From the NCBI GenBank assembly GCA_030018935.1, contig JASEGZ010000006.1, positions 2,579-66,578 on the forward strand: a stretch of 64,000 nt of DNA, given 5' to 3'. Origin of the DNA: Syntrophales bacterium (GTDB lineage Bacteria; Desulfobacterota; Syntrophia; Syntrophales; CG2-30-49-12). Made by a program: the position numbers and the translations under genes. This document shows positions 8,275-21,230 of the stretch, in pieces (position 1 is the first letter of the stretch; each line of letters starts with the position of its first letter). Under the pieces are notes generated by a model. That model ran no database searches, was not told the DNA's origin, and saw only the letters and a program-made list of their open reading frames with translations.

Positions 8275-10724
8275 AAAGTTTCGTCTGATGCAGCCTCCCT
8301 CTCGGCCCGGGCAAGACCGACCAATCTTTCTTCAGGTTCCAGATCAATCAGTTTTACACCCTGGGTAACACGGTGGATAAGAGGCACCTCTTCCACCTTT
8401 AACCGTATAATCTTGCCGGTATCACTGATCAGAATAACATCCTCATCACCGCTTACCTGAAGAATTCCGGAAACGTATCCCACCCTGCGGACTGTCTTGA
8501 AGTTGATGATCCCTTTGCCTCTTCTGCTCTGAAGTCTGTACTTCGCTACAGCCGTCCTCTTGCCAAAGCCATTCTCGGAAATAGTAAGAATGGAACTTCC
8601 CTCCGTTGGTATCTCCATTCCTACTACCACATCGTCGGCATCTATCAGGATACCCCTGACCCCCCTGGCAGTTCTGCCGGTAGATCTGATATCCGTCTCC
8701 TTAAACCGGATGGCTTTTCCTTTTCTGGTGCCAAGAAAAATGTCCTGATCACCCGTCGTGAGCTGGACATCAATAAGTTCGTCATCTTCATCAATAGCGA
8801 TAGCAATAATTCCCCCCGCTCTTGGATTGGAATAAGCTCCCAGATCGGTCTTTTTGACGATCCCCTTCTTCGTGGCCATAACCACCGATTTATCATTGGT
8901 AAACTCTCTGACAGGGACAATAGTAGCGATGCGCTCTCCCTCTGATATATTTATCAAATTGACGATGGCCTTTCCCTTTGCTGCTCTTCCTGCCCGGGGA
9001 ATCTGGTGCACCTTAAGCCAGTACAGCCTCCCCCGTTTCGTGAAGATCAGGACATATGCATGAGTGGAAGCAATAAATATCCTCTCGACGAAATCCTCTT
9101 CTCTAGTTCCCATGCCCATCTTACCGCGTCCTCCGCGGTGTTGACTCTTGTAAAGGCTCACAGGGTTTCTTTTAATGTATCCCGAATGAGATACCGTAAC
9201 TACCATATCTTCCTCGACAATCAGGTCCTCAATATCAATATCTTCAGAACTAACAATGATTTCCGTCCGTCTCTCGTCACCGTACCGTGCTTTGATCTCC
9301 TCAAGTTCTGCCACGATCACATCCAGAATCTTGCGGGGATCATCGAGGATACCCTGTAACTTTACAATCGTCTCAGATACACCGGTGTATTCCTCATCAA
9401 TCTTCTCCCGCTCCAGACCGGTCAAACGCTGTAACCTCATCTCAAGAATAGCTCTGGCCTGCACCTCACTGAGATTAAATTTTTCACAGAGAACAACGGC
9501 GGCCTCCTGTGGATTTTTTGAGCCCTTGATGACTTCTATCACTGCATTGATGTGGTTGAGAGCCGTAATAAGTCCTTCAAGGATATGGGCCCTTTCCCTG
9601 GCCTTGCCCAGTTCGAATGAGGTCCTCCGGGTAGCCACCTGTTTTCTGAAATTGACAAAACTCTCTATGATTTCCTTCAGGTTAAAAACCCTCGGCTGAC
9701 CATGTTCGATAGCCAGCATAATGACCCCAAAGGTAATCTCCATCTGGGTATATTTGTAAAGTTGATTAAGGACCACTCCGGCGGGATCATCCCGCTTCAG
9801 ATCAATGACAACCCTGATACCCTCCCTGTCTGATTCATCTCTTAGATCAGCAATACCGCTTATCTTCTTTTCCCTCACAAGTTCGGAAATCTTCTCTACG
9901 AGATTAGCCTTGTTGACCTGGTAGGGAAGTTCGGTGATGATAATACTCTCTCTTTCCTTTTTCTCATTCTTCTCAATCAGGACCCTTGCCCTTATCCTGA
10001 TGATCCCCCTTCCTGTTTTATATGCAGAGATGATGCCCTCTCTCCCGTTGATGAAGCCGGAAGTGGGGAAGTCCGGACCATGAATGTAATGCATCAGTCC
10101 CTCTACTGTTAGATCCGGGTTTCGCATGAGTGCAATTGTTCCGTTAATGACTTCACGGAGATTGTGGGGGGGGATATTGGTGGCCATACCTACAGCGATA
10201 CCGGAACTGCCATTTAAGAGAATCACAGGTATCCTGGACGGTAAGACGGTCGGTTCCTGCAAAGATTCATCGTAATTCGGCACGAAATCAACGGTCTCCT
10301 TTTCCAGATCGGCCAGAAGCTCCTCGGCAATCCTATCCATTCTCACTTCTGTATACCTCATGGCTGCAGGTGGGTCACCATCTATAGAACCGAAGTTTCC
10401 CTGCCCGTCAACGAGGGGGTATCTCATAGAAAAATCCTGGGCCATTCTGACTATTGTGTCATAGGCCGCCACATCCCCATGGGGATGATATTTACCGATT
10501 ATATCACCGACGATCCTTGCCGACTTTTTGTACGGTTTATTCCACCGGTTTCCCATCTCATGCATGGCGTAGAGTACCCTTCTATGAACCGGCTTCATAC
10601 CATCTCTAACATCGGGAATAGCCCTGCCGATGATGACGCTCATCGCATAATCAAGATAGGACTTCTTCATCTCATCTTCAATATTAACCGGTATGTTCTT
10701 ATGGTGATAACGCTGTTGATCCAT
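8271..10724 (-). CDS. gyrA: DNA gyrase subunit A
   Basis: GKYHPHGD (QRDR), AAMRYTE (catalytic Tyr) and a C-terminal beta-pinwheel repeat region; 817 aa. Confidence 0.97.
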   Translation of the reverse strand: MDQQRYHHKNIPVNIEDEMKKSYLDYAMSVIIGRAIPDVRDGMKPVHRRVLYAMHEMGNRWNKPYKKSARIVGDIIGKYHPHGDVAAYDTIVRMAQDFSMRYPLVDGQGNFGSIDGDPPAAMRYTEVRMDRIAEELLADLEKETVDFVPNYDESLQEPTVLPSRIPVILLNGSSGIAVGMATNIPPHNLREVINGTIALMRNPDLTVEGLMHYIHGPDFPTSGFINGREGIISAYKTGRGIIRIRARVLIEKNEKKERESIIITELPYQVNKANLVEKISELVREKKISGIADLRDESDREGIRVVIDLKRDDPAGVVLNQLYKYTQMEITFGVIMLAIEHGQPRVFNLKEIIESFVNFRKQVATRRTSFELGKARERAHILEGLITALNHINAVIEVIKGSKNPQEAAVVLCEKFNLSEVQARAILEMRLQRLTGLEREKIDEEYTGVSETIVKLQGILDDPRKILDVIVAELEEIKARYGDERRTEIIVSSEDIDIEDLIVEEDMVVTVSHSGYIKRNPVSLYKSQHRGGRGKMGMGTREEDFVERIFIASTHAYVLIFTKRGRLYWLKVHQIPRAGRAAKGKAIVNLINISEGERIATIVPVREFTNDKSVVMATKKGIVKKTDLGAYSNPRAGGIIAIAIDEDDELIDVQLTTGDQDIFLGTRKGKAIRFKETDIRSTGRTARGVRGILIDADDVVVGMEIPTEGSSILTISENGFGKRTAVAKYRLQSRRGKGIINFKTVRRVGYVSGILQVSGDEDVILISDTGKIIRLKVEEVPLIHRVTQGVKLIDLEPEERLVGLARAEREAASDETL

Positions 10725-10743
10725 AAAGCTGTCCTTGTAATCA

Positions 10744-10792
10744 AGGCTGAAGACTGAAGGTTATTTTAAAATTCTTCAGCCTTCAGTCTTCC
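10744..10792. repeat. 7-nt-periodic hairpin (CTGAAGA/CTGAAGG arms) between gyrB and gyrA
   Basis: aggctgaagactgaagg-ttattttaaaatt-cttcagccttcagtcttcc. The arms are complementary. Confidence 0.7.
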
Positions 10793-10796
10793 TAAC

Positions 10797-13304
<2,508 letters not shown>

Positions 13305-13306
<2 letters not shown>

Positions 13307-14429
13307 AAAACCTAAGCGGCATAACAGCACAGATATAATTATCATTACCCAAAGGCCTGATAATACCGGGCCTTACCCCAACACCAACATCAAAACTAAC
13401 CATGTCTTCATCAATAACCTCTATAGCATCTATCAAGAAATTCACACTATACCCCACCCCAACTTCTCCCCCTTTATATGACACGGGAATCTCCTCGTTT
13501 GCCTCACCCACATCCGGATTATTTAAACTAAACACCATCATGTCCTTTATTAACCTGATCATAACCCCATCACACCCCTCACTCGATACAACATTCATCC
13601 TCCTCAAAGCACGCAACACTACATCCTTATTAAAGCAAACTATCTCCCCCGTATCTACTGGTATAACTCTACGATAATCTGGATACTCATCATTAACCAG
13701 ACTAACCTTTAACGTCGCACTGCTCGTCTTAACAACACACATATCTTGATGAACCCCCATCACAACACCACCGGTTTCATCCTCAACAAGTCTCCTAATC
13801 TCAACCACTCCCTTCCGCGGTATAATTATTCCCTTATCAAGCTCACAAAATTCTACCCCCTCAAAGACCCCACCCACACAACTAATAGCCAACCGAAATC
13901 CATCTGTCGCTACCATTTTAGCCACACAGGCACTTCCATCCTTTTCAACCTTAAAGAAAACTCCGTTTAAGTTCCCCTTCTTTTCATCGGTAGACATTGC
14001 AGAAAATGTCTTACGAATAAGCTCATACAGGATATTTCCCTCAATCCTAAATAATCCAACATCTATCTCATCTCCAATATTCGGGAAATCATCAGCCGGC
14101 ACACCAGGTATCTTATAAACTACCTTACCGCAAGTCATTGTCACCGTATTATGCTCATCCTTTTTTAAATAAATCATATCTCCATAAAGCTCTCTGATCA
14201 TCTCATATAATTTCCTGGCAGAAAGTGTAATGTCACCTTCAACTATAATTTTTGCATCATAATCCGCTATCAAGCTAATTTCCCTGTCTGTCGCAATAAT
14301 CCTGACCTTATCCCCTTTTGCCCTAATAAGTACATTATTGAGAATTGGTAGAATTGTTCTCTTCTCAACTACACCAAGTGTTTTTTGAACCCCACCCAAG
14401 AAAGTATCCCTCCGTATGCTTAATTCCAT
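13305..14429 (-). CDS. dnaN: DNA polymerase III beta sliding clamp
   Basis: 374 aa in the position between dnaA and gyrB. Family-like N-terminus (MELSIRRDTFLGGVQKTLGVVEKRTILPIL) and C-terminus (...AVMPLRF). Confidence 0.9.
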
Positions 14430-14797
14430 ATTCTATACACTCCCTTTTAATTTAATTTTTATATTTTTGTAGCCAGTAAAATAATAAGGCTATGGGCTAA
14501 AATCTATTACCTCTTGCCTATAGCCCTATACTTAATACGGGGTAACCCATAGAATAACATAATCCATATTGAGACTTTATGAAAGAATTATTCTACTAAC
14601 ATCAGACAAATTCTATTACTTCTTTTTCAAGATTTTAAAAACTATAGTAATAGTAATAGTAATTGTTGATAAGTGAAAACACGTAAATCATATAGTAATT
14701 ATAATTACATAAAAGGAACAATTTTGTTTACTACTTGTATAAAAGATGACCTAAATAATTTAAATTAAAAACCAATTTGTTATTTGCCGAACATTTC
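14430..14797. promoter_or_regulatory. AT-rich dnaA-dnaN intergenic region; candidate oriC / DNA-unwinding element
   Basis: 368 nt, very AT-rich. Contains the direct repeat tagtaatagtaatagtaat and one near-consensus DnaA box TGTTGATAA at 14664-14672 (consensus TGTGGATAA). Confidence 0.35.
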
Positions 14798-16189
14798 CTA
14801 ACTCCCTTTACTTAAAGAATCCTCAATATCCTCAATAATCTTTCTAAAATTCACATCTATCTCAATTAACCTCTTTATCTTATTATTTGCATAAATCACC
14901 GTTGAATGATCTCGTCCTCCTATTTTTCTCCCAATATCTGGAAAAGAGGTATTGGTTAGCTTTCTTGAGAGATACATAATAACCTGTCTTGGTAGAACAA
15001 GACTTTTATTTTTATTTTGTGATTTAATATCTGATATCTTAAGGTTAAAGTTACCTGTTACTGCTTTGATAATTTCATCAATCGTTATTTCTTCTCTTTT
15101 GTTTTGTTTGAGTATCTTCCTAAGAACCTCTTTTATAAGGTCTATATTAATTACTCTACCAGTTAGGGAAGAATAAGCGTTGATCCTGATGAGAAAACCC
15201 TCTAATTCCCTAATACTAGATTGAGTAATTGAGGCAATATAATGTGCTGCATTACTCGATAGAGAAATGTTATTTTCCTGGGCTTTTTTTTCAATAATGG
15301 CGATTTTGGTCTCTATTTCAGGTGGTTGTATATCAGCGATGAGACCCCATTCAAATCTGGATCGTAATCTTTCTTCAAGATCCGGGATATCTTTGGGAAA
15401 CTTGTCACTTGTAACAACAATTTGTTTACCTGAATCATGAAGGGTATTGAAAGTATGAAAAAATTCTTCCTGCGTCCTTCCTTTTCCAGCGATAAATTGA
15501 ATATCATCAATAAGAAAACAATCAATATTTCTAAATTTTTCCCTGAATTTTTGCATTTTATCATATCTGATTGAGTTGATCAGCTCATTCATAAATGCTT
15601 CTGCCGAGATATAAATTACATTCATTTCTGAGTGGAGGGAAAGTGTCAGAAGACCGATGGCGTTAAGTAGGTGTGTCTTTCCTAGACCGACACCACCATA
15701 GATAAACAGAGGATTGTAGTTCTTCGCCGGTTTTTCCGCTACAGCTAGAGATGTTGCGTGGGCAAAGCGATTGCATGGACCAACTACAAACCTATCGAAA
15801 GTGTAGTTTGGATTAAGGGACGGATGAGTTCCTGTTTTGCGGGTCTTCTTAAGAGAAACATCAACTTGTTGCCCATGATTCCTGGTCTGACCTGTTAAAT
15901 TCTGGTCCTTCCCGCTGCCATGTGGCTCTATTGTAAACTCAACATTAAAATTCATACCTGCAACAGAGGTGAGAGAAGTTTTAATTACAGAAAAATAATT
16001 TTCCACAACCCAATCCCTGAAAAACTTATTTGGCACAGATAAACTAATATTGTTCTTATCAAGAGAAGCGATCTTAATAGGCTTAATCCAGGTTTCAAAA
16101 TTCTGTGGACTAACCTTTTCTTGAATAATTTTAATGCTTTTTTCCCAGAGTATATCCAAATTTAAACACCTTATAAACAGGCTTATCAA
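14798..16189 (-). CDS. dnaA: chromosomal replication initiator DnaA
   Basis: Walker A GGVGLGKTHLL, Walker B LIDDIQF, and C-terminal DNA-binding region RQVIMYLSRKLT..SFPDIGRKIGGRDHSTVIYA. The true start may be the in-frame TTG at 16159 (LDILWEKS...), which leaves the DnaA-box-like sites 16171-16179 and 16183-16191 in its promoter. Confidence 0.93.
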   Translation of the reverse strand: MISLFIRCLNLDILWEKSIKIIQEKVSPQNFETWIKPIKIASLDKNNISLSVPNKFFRDWVVENYFSVIKTSLTSVAGMNFNVEFTIEPHGSGKDQNLTGQTRNHGQQVDVSLKKTRKTGTHPSLNPNYTFDRFVVGPCNRFAHATSLAVAEKPAKNYNPLFIYGGVGLGKTHLLNAIGLLTLSLHSEMNVIYISAEAFMNELINSIRYDKMQKFREKFRNIDCFLIDDIQFIAGKGRTQEEFFHTFNTLHDSGKQIVVTSDKFPKDIPDLEERLRSRFEWGLIADIQPPEIETKIAIIEKKAQENNISLSSNAAHYIASITQSSIRELEGFLIRINAYSSLTGRVINIDLIKEVLRKILKQNKREEITIDEIIKAVTGNFNLKISDIKSQNKNKSLVLPRQVIMYLSRKLTNTSFPDIGRKIGGRDHSTVIYANNKIKRLIEIDVNFRKIIEDIEDSLSKGS

Positions 16190-16195
16190 CAGTAA

Positions 16196-16890
16196 TTAGT
16201 CTTTAGTTACCATCAAAATTGACACCAACCGGTTTAATTCTTCTTTTGTGGCAAACTTAATTTCAATCTTCCCCGCCCTTTTACTCTGGTTTATGCAGAC
16301 CACTGTCATCAATTTTGACGACAGTTCCTTTTCCAAAGCTATAATCGTCAAATCCTTGTTAACAGCTTTCCCTTTAGGGGGACCTTCTTTTATCTTTTTA
16401 ACCCATTTTTCCATTTCTCTTACGCTGAGGTCCCTTTCGACGATTAGCCTAGCCTAAGCACTCTAATCTGTTCTTCCCCCGAATTCAGGGTGAGGAGGGG
16501 TCTTGCATAACCGGCGGTAATTTTTTTCTAAATCAAAGCATCCTTAACTTCCGAAGGAAGTTTTAACAACCTGATTGTATTGGTAATTGTGGGATGAATT
16601 CAACTTCTACTCCGATCAAATCCTGGTTGGCCGGTACCATATCGAGATATGGTATCATAGTACTTACAACCACTTCCCTTAGAGGAACTTTACCGATCAG
16701 GGTATGATAAAGATTTTTTTCTCGAGCTGAGTCCCTGTTAATCCCCATGCCACTACTGGCATTGCCCTGGGGATCGCAATCTATAAGGAGAGTTTTCTTT
16801 TCCGCTGTTGCCAGGGACGCAGATAGATTGAGGGCGGTTGTTGTCTTGCCCCCCCCTTTTTTGATTGGCTATACAGATAATTTTACGCAT
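16196..16890 (-). pseudogene. decayed parA'-'parB remnant
   Basis: ParA N-terminus MRKIICIANQK... is disrupted at an A6G8 run (16849-16862), then continues GKTTTALNLSASLATAEKKTLLIDCDPQGNASSGMGINRD...DLIGVEVE. This fuses at about 16605 to the ParB HTH/C-terminal part (TITNTIRLLKLPSEVKDALI-TAG-KKITAGYARPLLTLNSGEEQIRVL). A 5-nt tandem duplication (tagcc tagcc, 16445-16454) then shifts the frame before ...RLIVERDLSVREMEKWVKK...IEIKFATKEELNRLVSIL. Confidence 0.75.
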
Positions 16891-16984
16891 AACAGTGTAG
16901 GAATTTCTCTCGACATGATGAGCACAGACGATCAGACCATTTAACTTAAGCTTTTAAATTAAAAGCAACGATTAAATAGGGGAA

Positions 16985-17180
16985 CCTTTGAAAATTGTCT
17001 TCGAAAGTGCTCAAAATCTTTTGACGATTATGCATCATTTAGTTTCGCTGCCAGGGCAAAACTCAGGCTTCGCCTTCAAACAGTTGCCCTGGCGGGCGCT
17101 TCGCTGCGATGGCAGAGCCCCCCTCCCCGAAAAAATCTTTGCTTCGCCCTTCACGAAGCCAATTTTCAGTTTTTCAAAGG
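16985..17180. mobile_element. MITE-like ~196-bp repeat, copy A
   Basis: Imperfect terminal inverted repeats (cctttgaaaattg ... caattttcagtttttcaaagg). The ~150-nt core is identical to copy B at 33713-33909. Internal 10-bp stem gccagggcaa/ttgccctggc. Confidence 0.6.
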
Positions 17181-17267
17181 TCTCATAGGTGTTAGATAAA
17201 TACCAGAAAAACAGCTATTTGTGTGTATCTGCGAAAGTTTATGTCGTAATTAAATGGGTTAGTGTTT

Positions 17268-17304
17268 CTTATTGTGGTTAATTTTGTTAATACCACAAAA
17301 TAAG
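17268..17304. promoter_or_regulatory. imperfect palindrome upstream of copA (possible metalloregulator operator)
   Basis: cttattgtggttaa-ttttg-ttaataccacaaaataag, located ~95 nt upstream of the copA start. Confidence 0.25.
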
Positions 17305-17397
17305 ATTTTTTTAAAGAAATATTTACGAGGGAAAGGATAACATGAAAACAATAGGCGAGAGGCAAGGGGCAATATCCCATCACCCATTGCCTGTGTC

Positions 17398-19673
17398 ATG
17401 AAGGTATCAGGAAGGCAGGATACAATATTGTCTGAGAAGGTGGTCCTTCACATTGGCGGAATGACCTGTGCCGCCTGTGTTCGGCGGGTGGAACTGGCGT
17501 TAAAGGCGGTTGCTGGTGTCAGAGATACGGCTGTAAATCTTGCTACTGCAAGGGCAACGGTTGTGCATGACAGGGACTGGGCCGGTATTGAAGCACTAAA
17601 AGGGGCAATTACCGGACATGGCTACGAGTTCTTGGGTGTTCTTGGCGATGTTCCTGAAGATCCCATTACAGCAGCCCGGGAGAAAGAGATTAAGGAATTA
17701 AAAATCAAGTTCAGCTTTGGCATGGTGCTCAGCATCATCATATTTATAGGCTCCATGCAACACTGGTTTTCGTTTCTTATGGCCGTCCCGAGACAGGTCA
17801 TGCTGATTACCATGTTTGTACTCACAACTCCCGTGGTATTCTGGGTGGGAAGCCAGTTTTATATTGGTGCCATCAAGGCTTTGAGACAAAAGACCACAGA
17901 CATGAACACGCTGGTGGCAGTGGGGGCACTTTCCGCTTATCTCTCCTCTATTTTAGCGACCTTTTTCCCCCAGGTCTTTGCAGATGCAGATATGGCCGCC
18001 CACAGTTACTATGACAGTGCCGCCATGATTATTACCCTGATCCTTCTCGGGCGTTTGCTGGAAGCGAAGGCCCGAGGAAAAACCTCTCGGGCGATCAAGG
18101 GCCTGATGGGACTCAGACCCAAAACAGCCCGTGTTATCCGGGATGGGCAGGAGATGGATGTTCCGATTGATGAGGTGAGGGAAGGGGATCTGCTTATCGT
18201 CCGGCCAGGGGAAAAGATTGCTACCGACGGGATAGTTGTTTCCGGGGCCTCAACGGTAGATGAGTCCATGCTGACCGGTGAGAGTATGCCGGTGACTAAA
18301 GAACCCGGACAACAGGTATTCGCTGCTACATTGAACAAGACTGGAAGTTTTACTTTTAAGGCCACAAAGGTAGGTGCCGAGACTACCCTGGCTCAGATTA
18401 TCCGTCTTGTTGAAGAGGCCCAGGGATCTAAAGCTCCAATCCAGAGACTGGCAGACAGAGTTGCCTCCGTATTCGTACCTGCCGTATTTATTATTGGTAT
18501 ATTCACTTTTGTGGTCTGGTACTTTTTTGTTTCCCCTCCCCTCTTTAGCCGTGCCCTGTTGAATTTTGTATCCGTGCTGGTGATTGCCTGTCCCTGCGCT
18601 CTTGGTCTGGCAACGCCTACAGCGGTTATGGTTGGTACGGGTCTGGGAGCAGAAAATGGTATCCTGATCAAGGGTGGGGAGAGCCTTGAAAAAGCTTACA
18701 AACTCACGATGGTAGTATTTGACAAGACCGGCACCCTCACCAGGGGGAGGCGGGGGTTACAGATGTAATTCCGGCACAGGGTTTTTCTCAGGATAAGATT
18801 TTAAGCATTGCCGTTTCCATAGAGGCCACTTCTGAACACCCTCTCGCTCAGGCTATTTTGGAAAGGGGTCGCCGTGAGCAGGTGCTTCCTGGGCATACCG
18901 AGCAATTTGAGGCACTGTCAGGCCTCGGTGCTAAAGCGATCCTGAGAGGTCAACCGTGTTTACTGGGCAGCCTGCAGCTTATGGAGAAGGAGGGTGTACA
19001 GATGAATGATCTCGATAGGGAGGCCGAGCAGCTATCCGGTGAGGGGAAGAGCTGTGTTTTTGTCGCTGAGGGGAATCAGGCCATTGGACTTATCGGCCTT
19101 GCCGATGTACCCAGGCCATCGGCGAAGGAAGCTGTTTCTACCTTAAAGGACATGGGACTGAAGGTTGCCATGATTACAGGAGACAATGCCAGTACGGCTA
19201 TAACCATCGGGACGGTGCTTGGTATTGATAAGGTCGTGGCGGGGGTCTTACCTGCCGGCAAGGCTGATGAGATCAGACGTATACAGAAGCAGGGAGAGGT
19301 CGTGGCGATGGTAGGAGACGGCATCAATGATGCGCCTGCTCTGGGAACCGCTGATCTCGGCATCGCCATCGGGGCCGGGACAGATGTCGCTATAGAGGCG
19401 AGTGACATCACCCTTATAAACAATGACCTGCGGTCGGTGCCGGCAGCTATCAAACTTTCCCATAGGACAATGAAGACGATCAGACAGAACCTTTTCTGGG
19501 CATTTATCTATAATATCCTGGGAATCCCTATCGCCGCCGGGGTATTGTACCCCTTCTCCGGTATCCTTTTAAATCCTGAGTTTGCCGCCGCGGCCATGGC
19601 CTTGAGTTCCTTCTCTGTGGTCGGCAATTCCCTCCGCCTGAGGAGGGCGTGGCAGACTTCTAAAATCCCTTAA
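17398..19673 (+). pseudogene. copA: copper/heavy-metal P1B-type ATPase, interrupted by a 1-nt frameshift just after DKTGTLT
   Basis: HMA domain [15 protein letters not shown] motif ([10 protein letters not shown]), DKTGTLT, then the frame is lost in a G-run at 18743-18756. The downstream frame (18858..19673 ORF) continues with ...[10 protein letters not shown]...SEHPLAQAI...GDGINDAPAL. Adding one G restores [10 protein letters not shown]. Confidence 0.88.
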
Positions 19674-20451
19674 ACGATGGTTCTCTCTTTTCCTTAAAAG
19701 CATTGATTGCTTCAATCATGTCCTGGGTATAAAAATTATGTCCCTCCAGTGCCAGCGAAGTATCGAGAATCAGGTTGGTAAAAAACTTTACGTTTTTGTT
19801 AATGGCAACTTTTGTGGCATTAATTGCCTGAGTAGGCCCATTGGCCAGCCTCTGGGCGAGTTCATAAACTATTTTGTCAAGTTCTTCGGGGGGTACAGCT
19901 CTGTTAATCAGTCCCATTCTTTCGGCCTCTCCGGCCAAAATAGCATCCCCTGTCAGCAATAACTCCTTGGCCTTGCAAATACCAACAAGCAGTGGCCAGA
20001 TCACGCAGCCGCCGTCTCCTGCCGCGATCCCGACCTTTACATGCGGATCGGCAAATTTAGCTTTTTCCGAGGCGATGATAATGTCACAGAAAAGCGCTAG
20101 GGTAGCGCCTAACCCCATCGCCGGGCCATTTACTCTGGCGATGATAGGTTTTTCCAATTCAAGGAGGTCATTAATTATTTTTTTCCCTTCGGAAAGCATC
20201 TGTCCCAACATAACTTTATCGGATATTTTCTTGAGCCAGTCGAGGTCGCCGCCGGCACAAAAAGCTCTTCCCGCTCCCGTGAGAACAACAACGTTTGTTT
20301 CTGGATCGTGCTGGACATCCCGGAAAATTTCCGCCAGCTCATAATGTAACCGGCCATCCACGGCGTTCAACTGTTCTGGCCTGTTCATGGTTAAAGTCAA
20401 AACCTTTCCGTCCCTTCGGGTTAAAATTCTCTCATATTTTGCGTAATCCAT
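19660..20451 (-). CDS. enoyl-CoA hydratase/isomerase (crotonase) family protein
   Basis: VVVLTGAGRAFCAGGDL and the ...GPAMGLGATLALFCDI oxyanion-hole motifs. Confidence 0.85.
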   Translation of the reverse strand: MDYAKYERILTRRDGKVLTLTMNRPEQLNAVDGRLHYELAEIFRDVQHDPETNVVVLTGAGRAFCAGGDLDWLKKISDKVMLGQMLSEGKKIINDLLELEKPIIARVNGPAMGLGATLALFCDIIIASEKAKFADPHVKVGIAAGDGGCVIWPLLVGICKAKELLLTGDAILAGEAERMGLINRAVPPEELDKIVYELAQRLANGPTQAINATKVAINKNVKFFTNLILDTSLALEGHNFYTQDMIEAINAFKEKREPSFKGF

Positions 20452-20507
20452 CGGTACGTACTCCTTTCCCTGATTTCATTTAGTTCTTCCTGAAAAACGG
20501 GGAAGCT

Positions 20508-21230
20508 TTAAAGAACCGGAATCCTTTCCCCGAAGATGTCTCTTCCAATCCTTACGATCGTCGCCCCCTCTTCGACAGCCACCCGGTAGTCTACTGACAT
20601 CCCCATGGAGAGTTCCCGCATTTCCACGCGCTCAATTTGTTCCTCAATAATCCTGTCTCTCAATTTCCGCAGGGCCACAAAATACGGCCTTGTTTTTTCG
20701 GGATCATCAAACCAGGGAGGCATGGTCATCAGTCCATAAACCAACAGATTCTCAAGGGTAGCCACATTTCGGATCAGATCAATCGCCTCTTTCGGGGAAA
20801 CGCCATTTTTCGTTTTCTCCCCACTTATGTTGACCTCGATCAGGACCTTGGTGAGATGCCCTGAGGCTTTTGACCTTCTGTCGAGCTCAATGGCAAGGTC
20901 CATTCTGTCCAAGGAATGGATCATATCGAAAAGTCCCACCGCATATTTGGCCTTGTTGGTCTGGAGGTGGCCTATCATGTGCCACTCGATAGGTTTACCC
21001 AACTTTTCCATTTTTCTCTTTGCCTCCTGGACATAGTTCTCGCCGATAATATCCACCCCGGCCTCGATAGCCTCCATAATGTGGTTTTCGTCTACCGTTT
21101 TGGTCACAGCCATGAGCCTGATCTCAGAGGCATGTCGTCCGGTCCTAAGAGCTGCCTCGGCAATATTGCTTCGGATTTTCTCGATGTTAGCCTTGACTGT
21201 CCGCTCCATGATTTTCTTAGGAAAATTCAA
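20508..21230 (-). CDS. yggS: YggS-family pyridoxal-phosphate homeostasis protein
   Basis: LMAVTKTVD, IIGENYVQEA, WHMIGHLQTNKAKY, MGMSVDY. Confidence 0.9.
   Translation of the reverse strand: MNFPKKIMERTVKANIEKIRSNIAEAALRTGRHASEIRLMAVTKTVDENHIMEAIEAGVDIIGENYVQEAKRKMEKLGKPIEWHMIGHLQTNKAKYAVGLFDMIHSLDRMDLAIELDRRSKASGHLTKVLIEVNISGEKTKNGVSPKEAIDLIRNVATLENLLVYGLMTMPPWFDDPEKTRPYFVALRKLRDRIIEEQIERVEMRELSMGMSVDYRVAVEEGATIVRIGRDIFGERIPVL

Noticed and set aside
16988-17188. 66-aa ORF (and the related 91-aa ORF 33723..33998) inside the MITE-like repeats
   Set aside because: Both peptides are encoded by the repeated element itself and share an identical core (HHLVSLPGQNSGFAFKQLPWRALRCDGRAPLPEKIFASPFTKPIFSF). 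They have different ends, no RBS and unlikely composition. They are treated as repeat-borne spurious ORFs.
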